A DNA stretch of 64,000 bases from Candidatus Dormiibacterota bacterium (GTDB lineage: Bacteria > Chloroflexota > Dormibacteria > Aeolococcales > Aeolococcaceae), in contig CAVPXI010000013.1 of assembly GCA_963709585.1 (NCBI GenBank), positions 1 through 64,000 of the forward strand. The letters are read 5' to 3'. Position 1 is the stretch's first letter. Every line of letters begins with the position of its first letter. Both the position numbers and the translations under genes were made by a program. Shown in pieces: positions 19,274 through 31,560 of the stretch. The notes beneath the pieces are model-generated. The model saw nothing but the letters and a program-made list of their open reading frames with translations. It was not told the DNA's origin and did no database searches.

Positions 19274-19627
19274 CGTTGCCTCCACAGTGAGCACTTGGTT
19301 CGGCTGGATAGACGGTTCGAAAGAGCGGAACGATTCATTCGATCTGAACAGGTCTATCGTGTAACCCGGCGTCCATATTCGACAGAGGCGAAGGTCCCTA
19401 AGTCCAAAGGGCCGTTGGCTGGTCGCCGACGCCCGCCGAAGGGATCGGTTCCCCGGGATCCCGCCTTCATTCCTGCGCCAAGGGCTTGGGCGCATTGAAC
19501 CGGCTGATTGGTGACCTTCGACCCTAGCGGCTTGCGGATTTCTCGCCGGATGATCGTGATGCCGCCGGCGACAAGACGGGGCGGTCCGGAGAGCCTCCCG
19601 GAAGCTCGCGTCGGAGCACCCTAGGTT

Positions 19628-19897
19628 GTGAAAAAGTACGACGAGTTGCAGAGCCGGGAGACGCTTCCCGCATCGTGTCCACACGGAAACGACGAACGCT
19701 CGCCCGTCCGCGTCGATGAGCCCGTCCTCTGCCCGTATTACGAGGAGACGGTCGCTGGCTGTCGCCACTACCGCGCGAAATCCGAGCACGGTGACTTCCC
19801 GGACGCTGCCGAGTGCCGGTGGGTTGTCGTTGTCAGTCTGTCGAGCCATCAGCGCCAGCGCATCTGCGGGCGCCCTGGAGCCCAAACCGCACCCTAG
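19628..19897 (+). CDS. Possible small Cys-rich protein
   Basis: CPHG, CPYY, GCRHY, ECRW; DevR-like box at 19511 upstream; no family recognised. Confidence 0.4.
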   Translation: MKKYDELQSRETLPASCPHGNDERSPVRVDEPVLCPYYEETVAGCRHYRAKSEHGDFPDAAECRWVVVVSLSSHQRQRICGRPGAQTAP

Positions 19898-20068
19898 GAC
19901 CAGTGCTGCGCGTCGCCTTCCCCGGCGGCGGTTTGGCCATGAACGCGGCGACCCGGCGCGGCGGGAAAAGGAAGCGCGTAAGCCACGCACGCAGAGGCAT
20001 TTGTCCCCCAGATTCGAGCCAAGATGCTCTATCCAAGCTGGGCGGCGTGGACGGATCGTAGACGCGCG

Positions 20069-20534
20069 ATGTTCATACAGGATTTCGTACAGGTCGACCG
20101 CTGCTTCGATGAGGTGCGGACACTGATCCGCGCCGATCCGCGGGCGTTGCTGGTTGGAAACGCGCGCGACGCTTACCGCGACGGCGAACGGTTCTTCGTG
20201 CGTCTCGAGCCTTCCACAGACCATCCGACCTTCGGCAAGAAGGTTCAGGTGGAGCTCGCCGAGCCATATGAGTGCCAAGAACTCCTTAGTGGTGCCGATG
20301 CACTGGTGGGCGCTGGGTGCCACGCGGCTCTTTCCGCACCTCGATGCCGTCCTCGAGTTTGCGCCGTTGGGCTCGACGTGGACGCAGATCACACTGATGG
20401 GGGGCTACGATCCACCAGCCGGGGTGATTGGACGACGGGCCGACGCCCTGGTGCTGCATCGCGTCGCCGAGGCGAGTATCCGCTCATTCGTCACCAGGGT
20501 TGCGCGCGGATTACACGCCCCGCCCTGGCATTGA
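20069..20534 (+). CDS. Uncharacterised protein, paralog of 40170..40661 (frameshift at 20279-20284)
   Basis: LFPHLDAVLE...TQITLMGGYDPPAG...HRVAEASIRSF aligns with the paralog. Confidence 0.8.
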
Positions 20535-20650
20535 CTCATACCATCGCCTTCTGGCGGGCGAGTTTCGCCGCGCTCCCGAGCGCAGGCATGTGGCAGTGAG
20601 CCGAACGACACCTCGCGGATCGGACAGCCCTCAGTCCATGCGCCGGTGAG

Positions 20651-21091
20651 TCAGCGCGTAACCATCGCGAACCGACTGACAGAGTTCTCGGGATCGTCTC
20701 GATGCTCTGCACAGGCGGCCGCCAGCTCGTTGCGCAGCCCGTCGACGGCGCCGTGAAGCGGCTGAGACATCAACGGATCCTCGGCATTGGCTTCGAGCCG
20801 CCACACCAGCTCTTGCACCTCGATGAGCACTTCGAGTGCCACGTGAGGAACCAATCGCATGGCGGCGGACACACTGAGCCGCGACCGCACGCTACCGTCC
20901 ACAAGCCACCATCCCAAGCCGCGGCGCCAATCCTCCTCCAAATGGATGAACCGATCGCCACCACAAAAGATGTCAACACTCGGCGTCACATTCGGCACTC
21001 GCAGTATGCCCCGAACGTCAATGTCGTCCTTGATCACCTTGCTCCTCGGGTTCATCGAGTTACGTCCCATCAACGGTGTGTTACACCCCAC
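20651..21091 (-). CDS. Hypothetical protein
   Basis: Co-directional ORF downstream of DUF779 gene, plausible composition; no family recognised. Confidence 0.4.
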   Translation of the reverse strand: MGCNTPLMGRNSMNPRSKVIKDDIDVRGILRVPNVTPSVDIFCGGDRFIHLEEDWRRGLGWWLVDGSVRSRLSVSAAMRLVPHVALEVLIEVQELVWRLEANAEDPLMSQPLHGAVDGLRNELAAACAEHRDDPENSVSRFAMVTR

Positions 21092-21476
21092 GGGTCGCGC
21101 TTAGCAACGATACGTCGGCAGGACAGTAGAGGCGGGAGTGCGTCACGAAGTGTTGGCCCCTCCCGGCAGGGAGCGAGAAGCCTTCGGGGAGACCCTCGCT
21201 CACGTCGAGGATGAGTTGCGTATGCTTCCAGGCCGCGAACTGACGGTGGTCCATGTAGAAGGGACAACCACCAACCTGGCCGAGGAGCACGTCGTGGTCG
21301 CTCAACACGAACTCGCCGAGATCGAAACACATCGGGAGGCTGCCATCACAGCAGCCTCCCGACTGGAAGAACATGATCCGCCCTCGCTCGGCGACGAGAT
21401 CGCGAATCGCTTGCAGGGCCGCCGGCGTGGCGACCACACGCGCGGTTGATGTCGCCGCGGAGGTGTGATCGCTCAT
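21081..21476 (-). CDS. DUF779 family protein
   Basis: FFQSGGCCDGSLPMC...WKHTQLILDV; typical partner downstream of AldB/ExaC-type genes. Confidence 0.9.
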   Translation of the reverse strand: MSDHTSAATSTARVVATPAALQAIRDLVAERGRIMFFQSGGCCDGSLPMCFDLGEFVLSDHDVLLGQVGGCPFYMDHRQFAAWKHTQLILDVSEGLPEGFSLPAGRGQHFVTHSRLYCPADVSLLSATRGV

Positions 21477-21491
21477 GCCGAATCTCGCCTT

Positions 21492-23063
21492 CTAGAAGAA
21501 GCCCAGCGCCTTGGCGCTGTAGCTGACCAGAAGGTTCTTCGTCTGCGAGTAGTGCTCCAGCATCATCTGGTGATTCTCGCGGCCGACGCCCGAGATCTTG
21601 TATCCGCCAAAGGCGGCACCGGCAGGATACAGGTGGTAGCAGTTGGTCCAGACCCTGCCCGCCTTGATCGCACGGCCCATGCGATACGCTCGGCTCCCGT
21701 CACGGGTCCAGACGCCGGCGCCAAGACCGTACAGTGTGTCGTTGGCGAGTGCGATGGCCTCGGCCTCATCTTTGAACGTGGTCACCGCGAGCACCGGCCC
21801 GAAGATCTCCTCTTGGAACACGCGCATCTTGTTGTTGCCTTCCAGGACCGTGGGTTGAAAGTAGTAGCCGTTCGCGATCCCGGCATCGACGGTGGCGCGC
21901 TCGCCGCCGATCAGGCACTTCGCACCCTCCTCGCGTCCGATCTTCACGTAGGACTCGATCTTCTCGAGCTGTTGCGCGGAGTTCTGGGCGCCGATCATGG
22001 TGCTCACGTCGAGCGGATTACCCTGCTTGATCCCGCGAATGCGAGCGAGGCAACGCGCCATGAACCTGTCGTAGATCAACTCCTGGATCAGTGCGCGCGA
22101 CGGGCATGTGCAGACCTCGCCCTTGTTGAAAGCGTACAAGACCAAGCCTTCGATGGCCTTGTCAAGAAAGTCGTCGTCCGCGGCCATCACGTCGTCGAAG
22201 AAAATGTTCGGCGACTTGCCACCGAGTTCGACGGTCGACGGGATGAGGTTCTGCGCTGCGTACTGCATGATGAGCCGGCCAGTAACTGTCTCTCCGGTGA
22301 ACCCGATCTTTGCGATGCGCGGGCTGGATGCCAGCGCCTTGCCGATCTCACCACCTGGGCCTGTCACGATATTGATCACGCCCGGCGGCACGATCTCTTC
22401 GATGACCTCGGCCAGCTTGAGAATCGACCACGGCGTCGGGGATGCCGGCTTCAACACCGTGCAGTTTCCCGCCGCTAGAGCAGGAGCCATCTTCCAGGCA
22501 GCCATAAGGAGTGGGAAGTTGAACGGGATGATCTGTCCCACGACCCCAAGTGGCTCGTGGAAGTGATACGCCACTGTGTCCTTGTCGACCTCCGTGCTAC
22601 GACCTTCGAGCGAGCGGGTCGCGCCGGCGAAGTACCGGAAGTGGTCGACGGCGAGCGGCAGGTCCGCCGCGAGCGTCTCGCGTACTGGCTTTCCGTTCTC
22701 CCAACTCTCCGCCACCGCCAGCATCTCGATGTTGGCCTCGATTGCGTCAGCGATGCGGTTGAGAACCGCAGCGCGCTCGGTCAGTGAGGTCGCACCCCAG
22801 GCGTCCTTGGCGGCGTGTGCCGCGTCAAGCGCGAACTCGACGTCTTCCGCTGTTGATTTGGCGACCTCGCAGAACACCTTGCCGTTGACAGGGCTGATAT
22901 TCGGCATGTACCTGCCGAAAACCGGTGGCACCCAGCGCCCGCCGATGAAGTTGTCGTAGCGCGGCTTTACCTGGACCAGACTGCCGGGCTGACCCGGCTG
23001 CGTGTACACCCCGTTCTCTATGGGTTTGGTCTCAACGTGGACCGGCTCCATGGTGAGTGTCAT
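21492..23063 (-). CDS. aldB: NAD-dependent aldehyde dehydrogenase (AldB/ExaC/AcoD type)
   Basis: [38 protein letters not shown]; GGAGG RBS. Confidence 0.92.
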   Translation of the reverse strand: MTLTMEPVHVETKPIENGVYTQPGQPGSLVQVKPRYDNFIGGRWVPPVFGRYMPNISPVNGKVFCEVAKSTAEDVEFALDAAHAAKDAWGATSLTERAAVLNRIADAIEANIEMLAVAESWENGKPVRETLAADLPLAVDHFRYFAGATRSLEGRSTEVDKDTVAYHFHEPLGVVGQIIPFNFPLLMAAWKMAPALAAGNCTVLKPASPTPWSILKLAEVIEEIVPPGVINIVTGPGGEIGKALASSPRIAKIGFTGETVTGRLIMQYAAQNLIPSTVELGGKSPNIFFDDVMAADDDFLDKAIEGLVLYAFNKGEVCTCPSRALIQELIYDRFMARCLARIRGIKQGNPLDVSTMIGAQNSAQQLEKIESYVKIGREEGAKCLIGGERATVDAGIANGYYFQPTVLEGNNKMRVFQEEIFGPVLAVTTFKDEAEAIALANDTLYGLGAGVWTRDGSRAYRMGRAIKAGRVWTNCYHLYPAGAAFGGYKISGVGRENHQMMLEHYSQTKNLLVSYSAKALGFF

Positions 23064-23236
23064 CGCCACACCTCCAGTTAACGGTTGTTGTCGTTTGGGA
23101 CCCACGTTAGAGGTACGGGTCTGGAGGACAAAAGAGCCGAACGTCACCAGTCGGGCAGGCACATCGTCAGATGCAACTCCCGGCGACGGTGGTCAGGAAG
23201 AAACATGCGACAAGCAGCCCTCCGGTGATCCCGGAC

Positions 23237-24277
<1,041 letters not shown>

Positions 24278-24525
24278 TCATCCGTGCTGCTGAAGAAAGG
24301 CGCGTCTATGCCCATGACGTCGATGCTCGGCCATCGCGGGCCAGGCCGCCCAGTGTCGAAAGGCCCCTTTCTCGAAGGTAGATGGGCACCAGCAGCGACC
24401 GCCGGAGTGGCTGACGATCGGCGTTGAGTTCAGACGATGTGCTGTCGCGGCCCGAGCGTTCGCGGCGTCAGACGCCACGCCTCGATGACGCGCGCCCTAG
24501 GCGCAGGCTGTGCGTCCCAACTGGC

Positions 24526-26157
24526 TCAGATCGCCTCGGGAACCATCTCCAACGCGCCACACGGACACTCAGCCACACACATGCCGCAACCCTTGCAGTA
24601 GTCGAGGTCGATCGCGTAGCCGTAGGCCACCCCGGGCTCGAGCTTGACCACCGCGTTGTCGGGACAGACGCCGTAACAGTTGTCGCACGCAAAACAGTTG
24701 CCGCACGACAGGCACCGGCGCGCCTCGAACAGAGCGTTGGATTCATCGAGCCCGCCGATCACCTCGTCGAACGTCGACTGGCGTCGTGCCGCGTCGAGTT
24801 GCGGGCGGATGGTTGCGGGCGCGTCGCTGTAATACCAGGGATTGAGCTTGTCGAACGTGGCCAGCTCGTGTTTCGGGAGTGGGACGTGCTGCGCGCCGCG
24901 CAGCCACGCATCGATATGACGCGCGGCCTTCTTGCCGTGGCCGATCCCGACGGTGACGGTGCGTTCGGCAGGCACCATGTCGCCGCCGGCAAAGATCCCG
25001 GCATGACCGGTCATCATGTTCGCGCCGACCGTGACAACGTGATCCTCGATCTCGATGCCCGGGATGCCGTCGAGGAGCGACAGGTCGGCCTCCTGACCCA
25101 GCGCCAGGATCAGGGAGTCGGCTTCGAGCTCCTCGAATTGGCCGGTGGGCTGCGGGAAGCCGGTGGCGTCCAGCTCCATCTTCTCGAGTTGCAGCCTGCC
25201 GCCCTCGGCGTGGGTGATGGTCGAGAGCCACTTCATGGTCACACCCTCGTCGAGCGCCTCCTCGACCTCGAAGTCGTGAGCAGGCATGCGATCTCGCGTT
25301 CGCCGGTAGACGACGACCGCGTCCGTGGCGCCGAGGCGCTTGGCGGTTCGCGCCGCATCCATGGCGGTGTTGCCGCCGCCGTAGACGATCACGCGGCGGC
25401 CAAGCATCGGAGGCTGCTCGCCCTCCATGCTGCGCAACAGGGAGACCGCATCGAGGATGTGCGTCGAGTCGCCGGCCGGAAGATAGGCGCGCTTGCCGAT
25501 GTGCGCGCCGATCGCCAGGAAGGCGGCGTCGAAGCCTCCCTCGTGCATGGTCGCGAGGACGTTGCTGACCTTGTGGTTGAGCTCGAGAACGACGCCCATG
25601 TCGAGGATGCGCCCCACCTCGGCGTCCAGCACGTCGCGCGGCAGGCGGTACTTCGGGATGCCGAAGCGCATCATGCCGCCGGCTGCCGAACCCGAGTCGA
25701 TGATGGTCACCGCGTGACCAAGTCGGGTCAGGTGGTACGCGGCGGACAGCCCGGACGGGCCGGCGCCGATGACGAGCACCCGCTTGCCGGTCGATGCACC
25801 CGACGCCTCGACGGTCCATCCCCGCTCGATCGCCTCATCGCCGAGAAAGCGTTCGACGGAGTTGATGCCGACCGTCTGGTCGAGTTCAGCGCGGTTGCAG
25901 GCGGTCTCGCAGGGGTGGTAGCAGACACGACCCATGACCGCAGGCAGCGGGTTGTCCTCCATGATCTGCCGCCACGCGGCCTCGTAGTCGGGCCCCTCAG
26001 CCTCGTACAGCCATTGCTGCACGTTCTCGCCGGCGGGGCACGCATTGGCGCACGGAGGCAGCCGATGCACGTACACCGCCCGCTCGGTGCGCCACGACCC
26101 CGTCTTGTTCGCAAGGCTGGAGCCCACGTTCAACGTGATCGCGAACGGCTTGTCCAT
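24526..26157 (-). CDS. GltD-like NAD(P)H flavoprotein with C-terminal 2x[4Fe-4S] (PorD-like) domain
   Basis: TGSWRTERA, CANACPAG, GRVCYHPCE, GAGPSG, GGGNTAMD, CLSCGNCFACDNCYGVCP, CKGCGMCVAECP. Confidence 0.9.
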   Translation of the reverse strand: MDKPFAITLNVGSSLANKTGSWRTERAVYVHRLPPCANACPAGENVQQWLYEAEGPDYEAAWRQIMEDNPLPAVMGRVCYHPCETACNRAELDQTVGINSVERFLGDEAIERGWTVEASGASTGKRVLVIGAGPSGLSAAYHLTRLGHAVTIIDSGSAAGGMMRFGIPKYRLPRDVLDAEVGRILDMGVVLELNHKVSNVLATMHEGGFDAAFLAIGAHIGKRAYLPAGDSTHILDAVSLLRSMEGEQPPMLGRRVIVYGGGNTAMDAARTAKRLGATDAVVVYRRTRDRMPAHDFEVEEALDEGVTMKWLSTITHAEGGRLQLEKMELDATGFPQPTGQFEELEADSLILALGQEADLSLLDGIPGIEIEDHVVTVGANMMTGHAGIFAGGDMVPAERTVTVGIGHGKKAARHIDAWLRGAQHVPLPKHELATFDKLNPWYYSDAPATIRPQLDAARRQSTFDEVIGGLDESNALFEARRCLSCGNCFACDNCYGVCPDNAVVKLEPGVAYGYAIDLDYCKGCGMCVAECPCGALEMVPEAI

Positions 26158-27167
26158 CAGTGCGCTCCCACAGGCTGGGCTTCGAGGAGGTCGTATCGCG
26201 CGATGTTGTGATCGGCCTGCGCCTGTAGGCGAGCGACGATATCGGGTCGAGCCGACTTCCCAAAGAGGTGCGCGTATCGCTTCTGGAGCTTCAGGTACTC
26301 CTCCACCGGCACCTGCCGGCGGATCTTGGTGACCGCCGTGATCTCGCCCTGCTCGGCCTCGAAAACGGGGAACAGTCCGCTCTGGGTTGCCAGCCGCGCA
26401 ACCCGGATGGTGTCGGCTGAGTCGCACCCCCACCCGAGCGGGCAGGTGACCAGGATGTGCAGGTAGCGGGCGCCATGGAACGACATGGCGCGCCCGACTT
26501 TGTACTCGATGTCGCGGAGGTCCGCGACGGTGGCGGTGGCGACGTAGGGAATCTCGTGCGCCATCGCGATCATCGGCACGTTCTTGCCCTGGCCGAAGCG
26601 ATTGCCGGGCTCCGGGCCGACCGCGTCGGTGGTCGCCGTCCGAGCGGCCGGCGGGGTTGCACCGGATCGCTGCACGCCGGTGTTCATGTACGCCTCGTTG
26701 TCGTAGCAGATGAAGAGGACATCGTCGTTGCGCTCGAACATTCCGGACAGACAGCCGAGACCGATGTCCACCGTCCCGCCGTCGCCTGCCTGTCCGACGA
26801 CGCGAACGTCGTGGCGTCCCTTGACCCGAAGCGCGGCGGCGATCCCGGTGGCCACTGCCGGCGCGTTGCCGAAGAGCGAATGCATCCAGGGCAGCTGCCA
26901 AGAGGACTCGGGATACGGCGTGGAGAACACCTCGAGGCATCCCGTGGCGTTGGCGGCGATGAGGCGATTGTTGGTGGCGCGCATGGCGGCGTCGAGCGCG
27001 TAGCGCGCTCCCAGGGCTTCACCACAGCCCTGGCAGGCACGGTGTCCCGAGGTCAGCGTGTTCGAGCGATCAGCATCGGACTGCACGGAGCGCTGTTCTG
27101 GGTCGAGCAGGCGGTTGCCGGCGACGAAGCTGCCCGCCTGGTAGAACTTGATGGGCTGAAAGGGCAT
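26157..27167 (-). CDS. porB: Pyruvate/2-oxoacid:ferredoxin oxidoreductase beta subunit
   Basis: GHRACQGCG, ATGCLEV, GDGG...YDNEAYMNTG ThDP motif, CPLGW. Confidence 0.93.
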   Translation of the reverse strand: MPFQPIKFYQAGSFVAGNRLLDPEQRSVQSDADRSNTLTSGHRACQGCGEALGARYALDAAMRATNNRLIAANATGCLEVFSTPYPESSWQLPWMHSLFGNAPAVATGIAAALRVKGRHDVRVVGQAGDGGTVDIGLGCLSGMFERNDDVLFICYDNEAYMNTGVQRSGATPPAARTATTDAVGPEPGNRFGQGKNVPMIAMAHEIPYVATATVADLRDIEYKVGRAMSFHGARYLHILVTCPLGWGCDSADTIRVARLATQSGLFPVFEAEQGEITAVTKIRRQVPVEEYLKLQKRYAHLFGKSARPDIVARLQAQADHNIARYDLLEAQPVGAH

Positions 27168-27178
27168 GTCCCGTCTCC

Positions 27179-28433
27179 TCAGACCGGGCCCGCGGCGACC
27201 GCGCCGAGGTCACGAAGCAGGTTCTCCGCGTGGGGACCCGACTTCCGCTTCGCGTCACGGCGGGCAAGCTCCCGTTCAACAAGCCCGCGGTCGAGGTCCA
27301 GGAATGTGGTCTCGGCCAAGTCACCAACGACGGCACTCCGAAAAACCCGGTGCAGCGATGTCGTTGTGATCGGCCGCCCACCGAGACCAGCGATGACCGT
27401 GTGCACCGCCTGATTCATTCCTGAGAGCGCAACCCGCACGTCGAGCGACACGACGCCGCCGATGCCCACGGCCAGCGCCTTCTCGATCACGACGATCCGT
27501 TTGGCTCCGCGCAGGGCTCGGCGCACCTCCTCGCTCGGCCACGGCCGGAACGTCGTGATACCGAGTGCGCCGACGCGCTCGCCCTCAGCGCGCAACTCGT
27601 CGACCGTGTCCTTGATGGTGCCCAGCACCGACCCGAGCGCCACAACGATGGTCTCGGCATCCTCGGTCCGATAGGGGCGGATCAGACCTCCGGAGGCGCG
27701 CCCAAAGACGCCTTCGAACGTCCGGCTGATCTCGGGGATGAGATCGAGCGCCTGCATCTGGGTCACGTGCGCCAGGAAGCGCACCTCCATGAAGGCCTCG
27801 GGCCCGACCATCGCACCAATGGAGACGGGATCGTCGGGATCGAGGACCTGACGGGGCTCGAACCGCGGCAGGAACGCGTCCACCTCTTCCTGGGACGGCA
27901 GGTCCACCTGCTCGACCGCGTGGGTGAGGATGAAGCCGTCCATGCAGACCATGACCGGCACCGAGAGCTCTTCCGCGAGCCGGAAGGCCTGGATGTGCAT
28001 GTCGACCGCCTCCTGGTTGCTCTCGGCATAGAGTTGGATCCACCCGGAGTCACGTTGCGACATCGAGTCGGAGTGGTCGTTCCAGATGTTGATCGGTGCG
28101 CCGATCGCGCGATTGGCGACGGTCATGACGATGGGCAGTCCCAGCCCGGATGCGTTGTAGATCGCCTCGACCATGAAGAGCAGGCCCTGACTCGCGGTCG
28201 CGGTATAGGCACGTGCCCCCGTGGCGGAGGCGCCGATGGCGACCGACATGGCGGCGAACTCCGAACTCGACGTTGATGAACTCACACGGGGTGAGCTGTC
28301 CGCTCTTCACGAGCGTCGACAGCGCCTCGACAATGTGCGTCTGCGGCGAGATGGGATAGGCGCAGATCACCTCCGGCCTCGACAGGGCGACTGCCTCGGC
28401 GACCGCGCGCGAACCCTCAACCTGCCTGAGCAC
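27179..28433 (-). CDS. porA: Pyruvate/2-oxoacid:ferredoxin oxidoreductase alpha subunit (frameshift at 28263-28268)
   Basis: AYPISPQT, VE/SEFAAMS, TATASQGL, NRAIGAPINIWNDHSD. Confidence 0.92.
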
Positions 28434-29010
28434 CGGCGACCTCCGCGATCTGCTGATGGACGAAGTCGTAGGCACGTTCGGCACCCGCCACGTTGCCTTC
28501 GGCGAGCTGCCCCGAGAATCTGTCCCGTATGGCAGCGATCACCGCGGCGAGGGAGATCACTCCGGTGAGGGCGGCGAAGCTGCCGAGCAGTACGGCGTTG
28601 GCGATTGGTCGGCCCACCGTCTCTCGAGCGATTTCCGTCGCCGGCACCGCCACCACTCGCGAGGCGCGAAACGTCGCTGCCAGATCGTCGAGACCCAGCT
28701 CCGAGAAGCCGCGACTGGAGTTGATGAGCAGGTAGCTTTCGTCCGACAGCCCGCTGAAGAGGTCGACCTGGTGGAGCAGCGTCGGGTCCTGGATGATCAG
28801 GGCGTCAGGGCTCGCAATCGGCTCGTGCGCCCGGATCTCGCGGTCCGCGATGCGACAGAACGCGACCACGGGCGCCCCGGTGCGCTCTGAGCCGAAGCTC
28901 GGAAAGGCCTGGGCCTGCCGACCTTCGCGGAAGGCCGCGACAGAGAGCAACTCCGCTGCCGTGACCACGCCCTGGCCGCCACGGCCGTGGATGCGCACCT
29001 GAAAGAGCAT
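28417..29010 (-). CDS. porC: 2-oxoacid:ferredoxin oxidoreductase gamma subunit
   Basis: RIHGRGGQGVVT, FPSFGSERTGAPV. Confidence 0.93.
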   Translation of the reverse strand: MLFQVRIHGRGGQGVVTAAELLSVAAFREGRQAQAFPSFGSERTGAPVVAFCRIADREIRAHEPIASPDALIIQDPTLLHQVDLFSGLSDESYLLINSSRGFSELGLDDLAATFRASRVVAVPATEIARETVGRPIANAVLLGSFAALTGVISLAAVIAAIRDRFSGQLAEGNVAGAERAYDFVHQQIAEVAGAQAG

Positions 29011-29045
29011 GCCTCGAGCCTACCCAGCCCGCCCTGCGAGGACCA

Positions 29046-29081
29046 GTGCCAAATGTCCTCGCTCGCGGTGACCGTATGCTC
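29046..29081. promoter_or_regulatory. DevR-box-like pair in the divergent por/hydrogenase promoter
   Basis: GTGCCAAATGTCCT (29046) and weaker GTGACCGTATGCTC (29068). Confidence 0.55.
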
Positions 29082-29118
29082 TCCTCGCTCAGCGCGACGA
29101 GGCATCAGAATAGCCGCC

Positions 29119-30267
29119 ATGGCGGTGTCAGCTGGCGCAGCACGCGTCCTGGATGACGGGGGCCTGGAGGCCCTGATCGCCGGACTGCGGGAACGAGGCT
29201 ACACGGTGATCGCACCAACGGTCCATGACGGAGCCATCGAGTACGCGCCGGTGACCGGTGCGTCCCAACTTCCCCGCGGTATCGGTGACGAGCAGTCGCC
29301 CGGCCGCTATCGTCTGCGCGACCGTGACGATGGCGCGCGCTTTGGATTTGCGACCGCACCGTCGTCGTGGAAACGGCACCTCTTTCCTCCGACCACGACG
29401 CTCTGGCGAGCCCGACACGACGACCACGGAGCCCTGGTCTTCGAAGAGAGCGCAGCACCGCCCCCTCGCTACGCCTTCCTTGGTGTGCGAGGCTGCGAAT
29501 TGGCCGCCATCCTCGTCCAGGACCGGGTGTTCGCGACCAGCTCGCATCCGGATCCCACCTACGCCGCGCGTCGACGTGACCTGTTCATCATCGCGGTGCA
29601 CTGCGGCTCGCCGTCGGAGGTCTGCTTCTGCACATCCATGGGGACCGGGCCTCGGGTGCGCGACGGTTTTGACCTGGGCATCACCGAGTTGCTCGACGCC
29701 GCGGAACCGCGGTACGTCATCGAAGCCGGAAGTCCTGCGGGCCAGGAGTTGCTGGATGCGCTCCCCACGCATCCTGCAAATGCTGCCGACCTCGGGGCGG
29801 CCGAAGCGGTCACCGACGCATCCGCTGCGCGCATGGGGCGCACCATGGACACGCAAGGGCTGCCCGAGTTGCTGCAGCGCAATCTCGAGCACCCGCGCTG
29901 GGACGATGTCGCCGCACGCTGCTTGAGCTGCGGCAACTGCACGCTGGCCTGCCCGACCTGCTTCTGCAGTGACGACGTCGAGGCGCAGTCGGCGGACGGC
30001 GACACGAGTGAGCGGGTGCGGGAATGGGCGTCCTGCTTCTCGCGCGACTTCTCGTACATCCACGGTGGACCGGTGCGCCAGACGGTGCGCAGCCGCTACC
30101 GCCAGTGGATGACCCACAAACTGGGTACGTGGTGGGATCAGTTCGGGACCTCGGGCTGCGTCGGCTGCGGTCGGTGCATCGCCTGGTGTCCGGTCGGCAT
30201 CGACATCACCGAGGAAGCGGCGGCGATCCGATCCACCGACGGCGCTCGAGCGGCGACGGCGAGTTGA
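29119..30267 (+). CDS. hyhB: Group 3b [NiFe]-hydrogenase Fe-S (beta) subunit
   Basis: [43 protein letters not shown]. Confidence 0.9.
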   Translation: MAVSAGAARVLDDGGLEALIAGLRERGYTVIAPTVHDGAIEYAPVTGASQLPRGIGDEQSPGRYRLRDRDDGARFGFATAPSSWKRHLFPPTTTLWRARHDDHGALVFEESAAPPPRYAFLGVRGCELAAILVQDRVFATSSHPDPTYAARRRDLFIIAVHCGSPSEVCFCTSMGTGPRVRDGFDLGITELLDAAEPRYVIEAGSPAGQELLDALPTHPANAADLGAAEAVTDASAARMGRTMDTQGLPELLQRNLEHPRWDDVAARCLSCGNCTLACPTCFCSDDVEAQSADGDTSERVREWASCFSRDFSYIHGGPVRQTVRSRYRQWMTHKLGTWWDQFGTSGCVGCGRCIAWCPVGIDITEEAAAIRSTDGARAATAS

Positions 30268-30731
30268 ACAGCATCGCCAATGAGCTGACGGCACATCGCT
30301 TCTTCGCGGGGATGGACCCGGACCATCTCGAGGTGCTGACCGGATGCGGTCGAAACGTCGTCATCCCGGCGGGCACCTCGATCATCCGGGAGGGTGCCCA
30401 CGCCGACGCGTTCTGGGCGCTGCGGGCCGGCAGGGTTGCTCTCGGAGTCACGGCGCCTGGGAGAGGGATGCAGACCCTCGACACGCTCCACGCCGGCGAT
30501 GTCCTCGGATGGGCGTGGCTGTTTCCTCCCTACCGGTGGCATTTCGACGCTGACGCTCTCGACGATGTGCACGCGGTGGTGTTCGACGCCGTCTGCCTCC
30601 GCGGCAAGTGTGCGGACGATCCCAAGCTCGGTTTCGATCTCGCGCAGCGCGTCGCCGGGATCCTCGGCGACCGGTTGCACGCCGCCCGCCTCCGCCTCCT
30701 GGACGTCTATGGCGCTCCCACTCCACGCTGA
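30264..30731 (+). CDS. Stand-alone cyclic nucleotide-binding domain protein
   Basis: IIREG...[19 protein letters not shown]; no HTH; overlaps neighbours. Confidence 0.85.
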   Translation: MNSIANELTAHRFFAGMDPDHLEVLTGCGRNVVIPAGTSIIREGAHADAFWALRAGRVALGVTAPGRGMQTLDTLHAGDVLGWAWLFPPYRWHFDADALDDVHAVVFDAVCLRGKCADDPKLGFDLAQRVAGILGDRLHAARLRLLDVYGAPTPR

Positions 30732-31560
30732 AACCCGGACGCTCGCTCCGATGACCCCGGTGAGCCATCGCATCGTCGGACGCCGTCAGGAGACCTCAGA
30801 CGCGGTGACCCTTGTGCTCGAGGCTGCGGACGGCTCCCGACTGCGCTACTCGGCCGGTCAGTTCAACATGCTCTACGCCTTCGCCGTCGGCGAGGTGGCG
30901 ATCTCCATCAGCGCGAACCCGGTCGCGGACGGACCGATCGCCCACACGGTGCGCAACGTCGGCGCCGTGACGCGCGCACTGTGCGAGCTGCAGCCCGGCG
31001 ACAGCCTCGGCGTGCGCGGTCCATTCGGATCCGACTGGGGTCTGGACACGGCGGCCGGGCGTGACCTCGTGATCGTGGCCGGCGGCATCGGTCTGGCACC
31101 GCTTCGATCGGTGATCACCCAGGTGATCTCGCAGCGTGAACGCTTCGGCCAGGTGGAGGTCGTGATCGGCACGCGCACCCCCGAGGACCTCCCTTTCAAG
31201 GAGGAGGTCGACACATGGAGAGAGCGGGACGATCTCGCTGTCCACGTCACCGTCGACCGCGCGACGCCTGGCTGGCGTGGCACCGTCGGCGTGGTCACTA
31301 CCGTGCTCCCGCGCATCCACTGTGATCCCGGAGGCATCGCCATGATCTGCGGTCCCGAGGTGATGATGCGGTTCACCGCCCTCGCGCTCATGGAGCGCGG
31401 CGTGCCCGCCTCGGGCATCCGTGTGTCCATGGAACGGAACATGCAATGCGCCATCGCGCAGTGCGGACACTGCCAGTTGGGATCGGTGTTCGTTTGCTCC
31501 GACGGTCCGGTATTGACCTGGGATCGTGTCGAACCCTTGCTCGCGGTGCGTCAGCGATGA
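30709..31560 (+). CDS. hyhG: Group 3b hydrogenase FAD/NAD(P)-binding (gamma) subunit
   Basis: [37 protein letters not shown]...C. Confidence 0.9.
   Translation: MALPLHAETRTLAPMTPVSHRIVGRRQETSDAVTLVLEAADGSRLRYSAGQFNMLYAFAVGEVAISISANPVADGPIAHTVRNVGAVTRALCELQPGDSLGVRGPFGSDWGLDTAAGRDLVIVAGGIGLAPLRSVITQVISQRERFGQVEVVIGTRTPEDLPFKEEVDTWRERDDLAVHVTVDRATPGWRGTVGVVTTVLPRIHCDPGGIAMICGPEVMMRFTALALMERGVPASGIRVSMERNMQCAIAQCGHCQLGSVFVCSDGPVLTWDRVEPLLAVRQR

Noticed and set aside
18992-20392. 466-aa ORF
   Set aside because: Mostly antisense to other genes and promoter DNA; only the last 93 aa have an RBS and recognisable motifs
24424-26211. Long antisense ORFs (also 5285..6742, 29128..30294 and others)
   Set aside because: Typical high-GC shadow frames opposite well-supported genes
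24526-26940. 804-aa ORF as a single protein
   Set aside because: The N-terminal extension is an alternate frame over porB; the real start is ATG 26157
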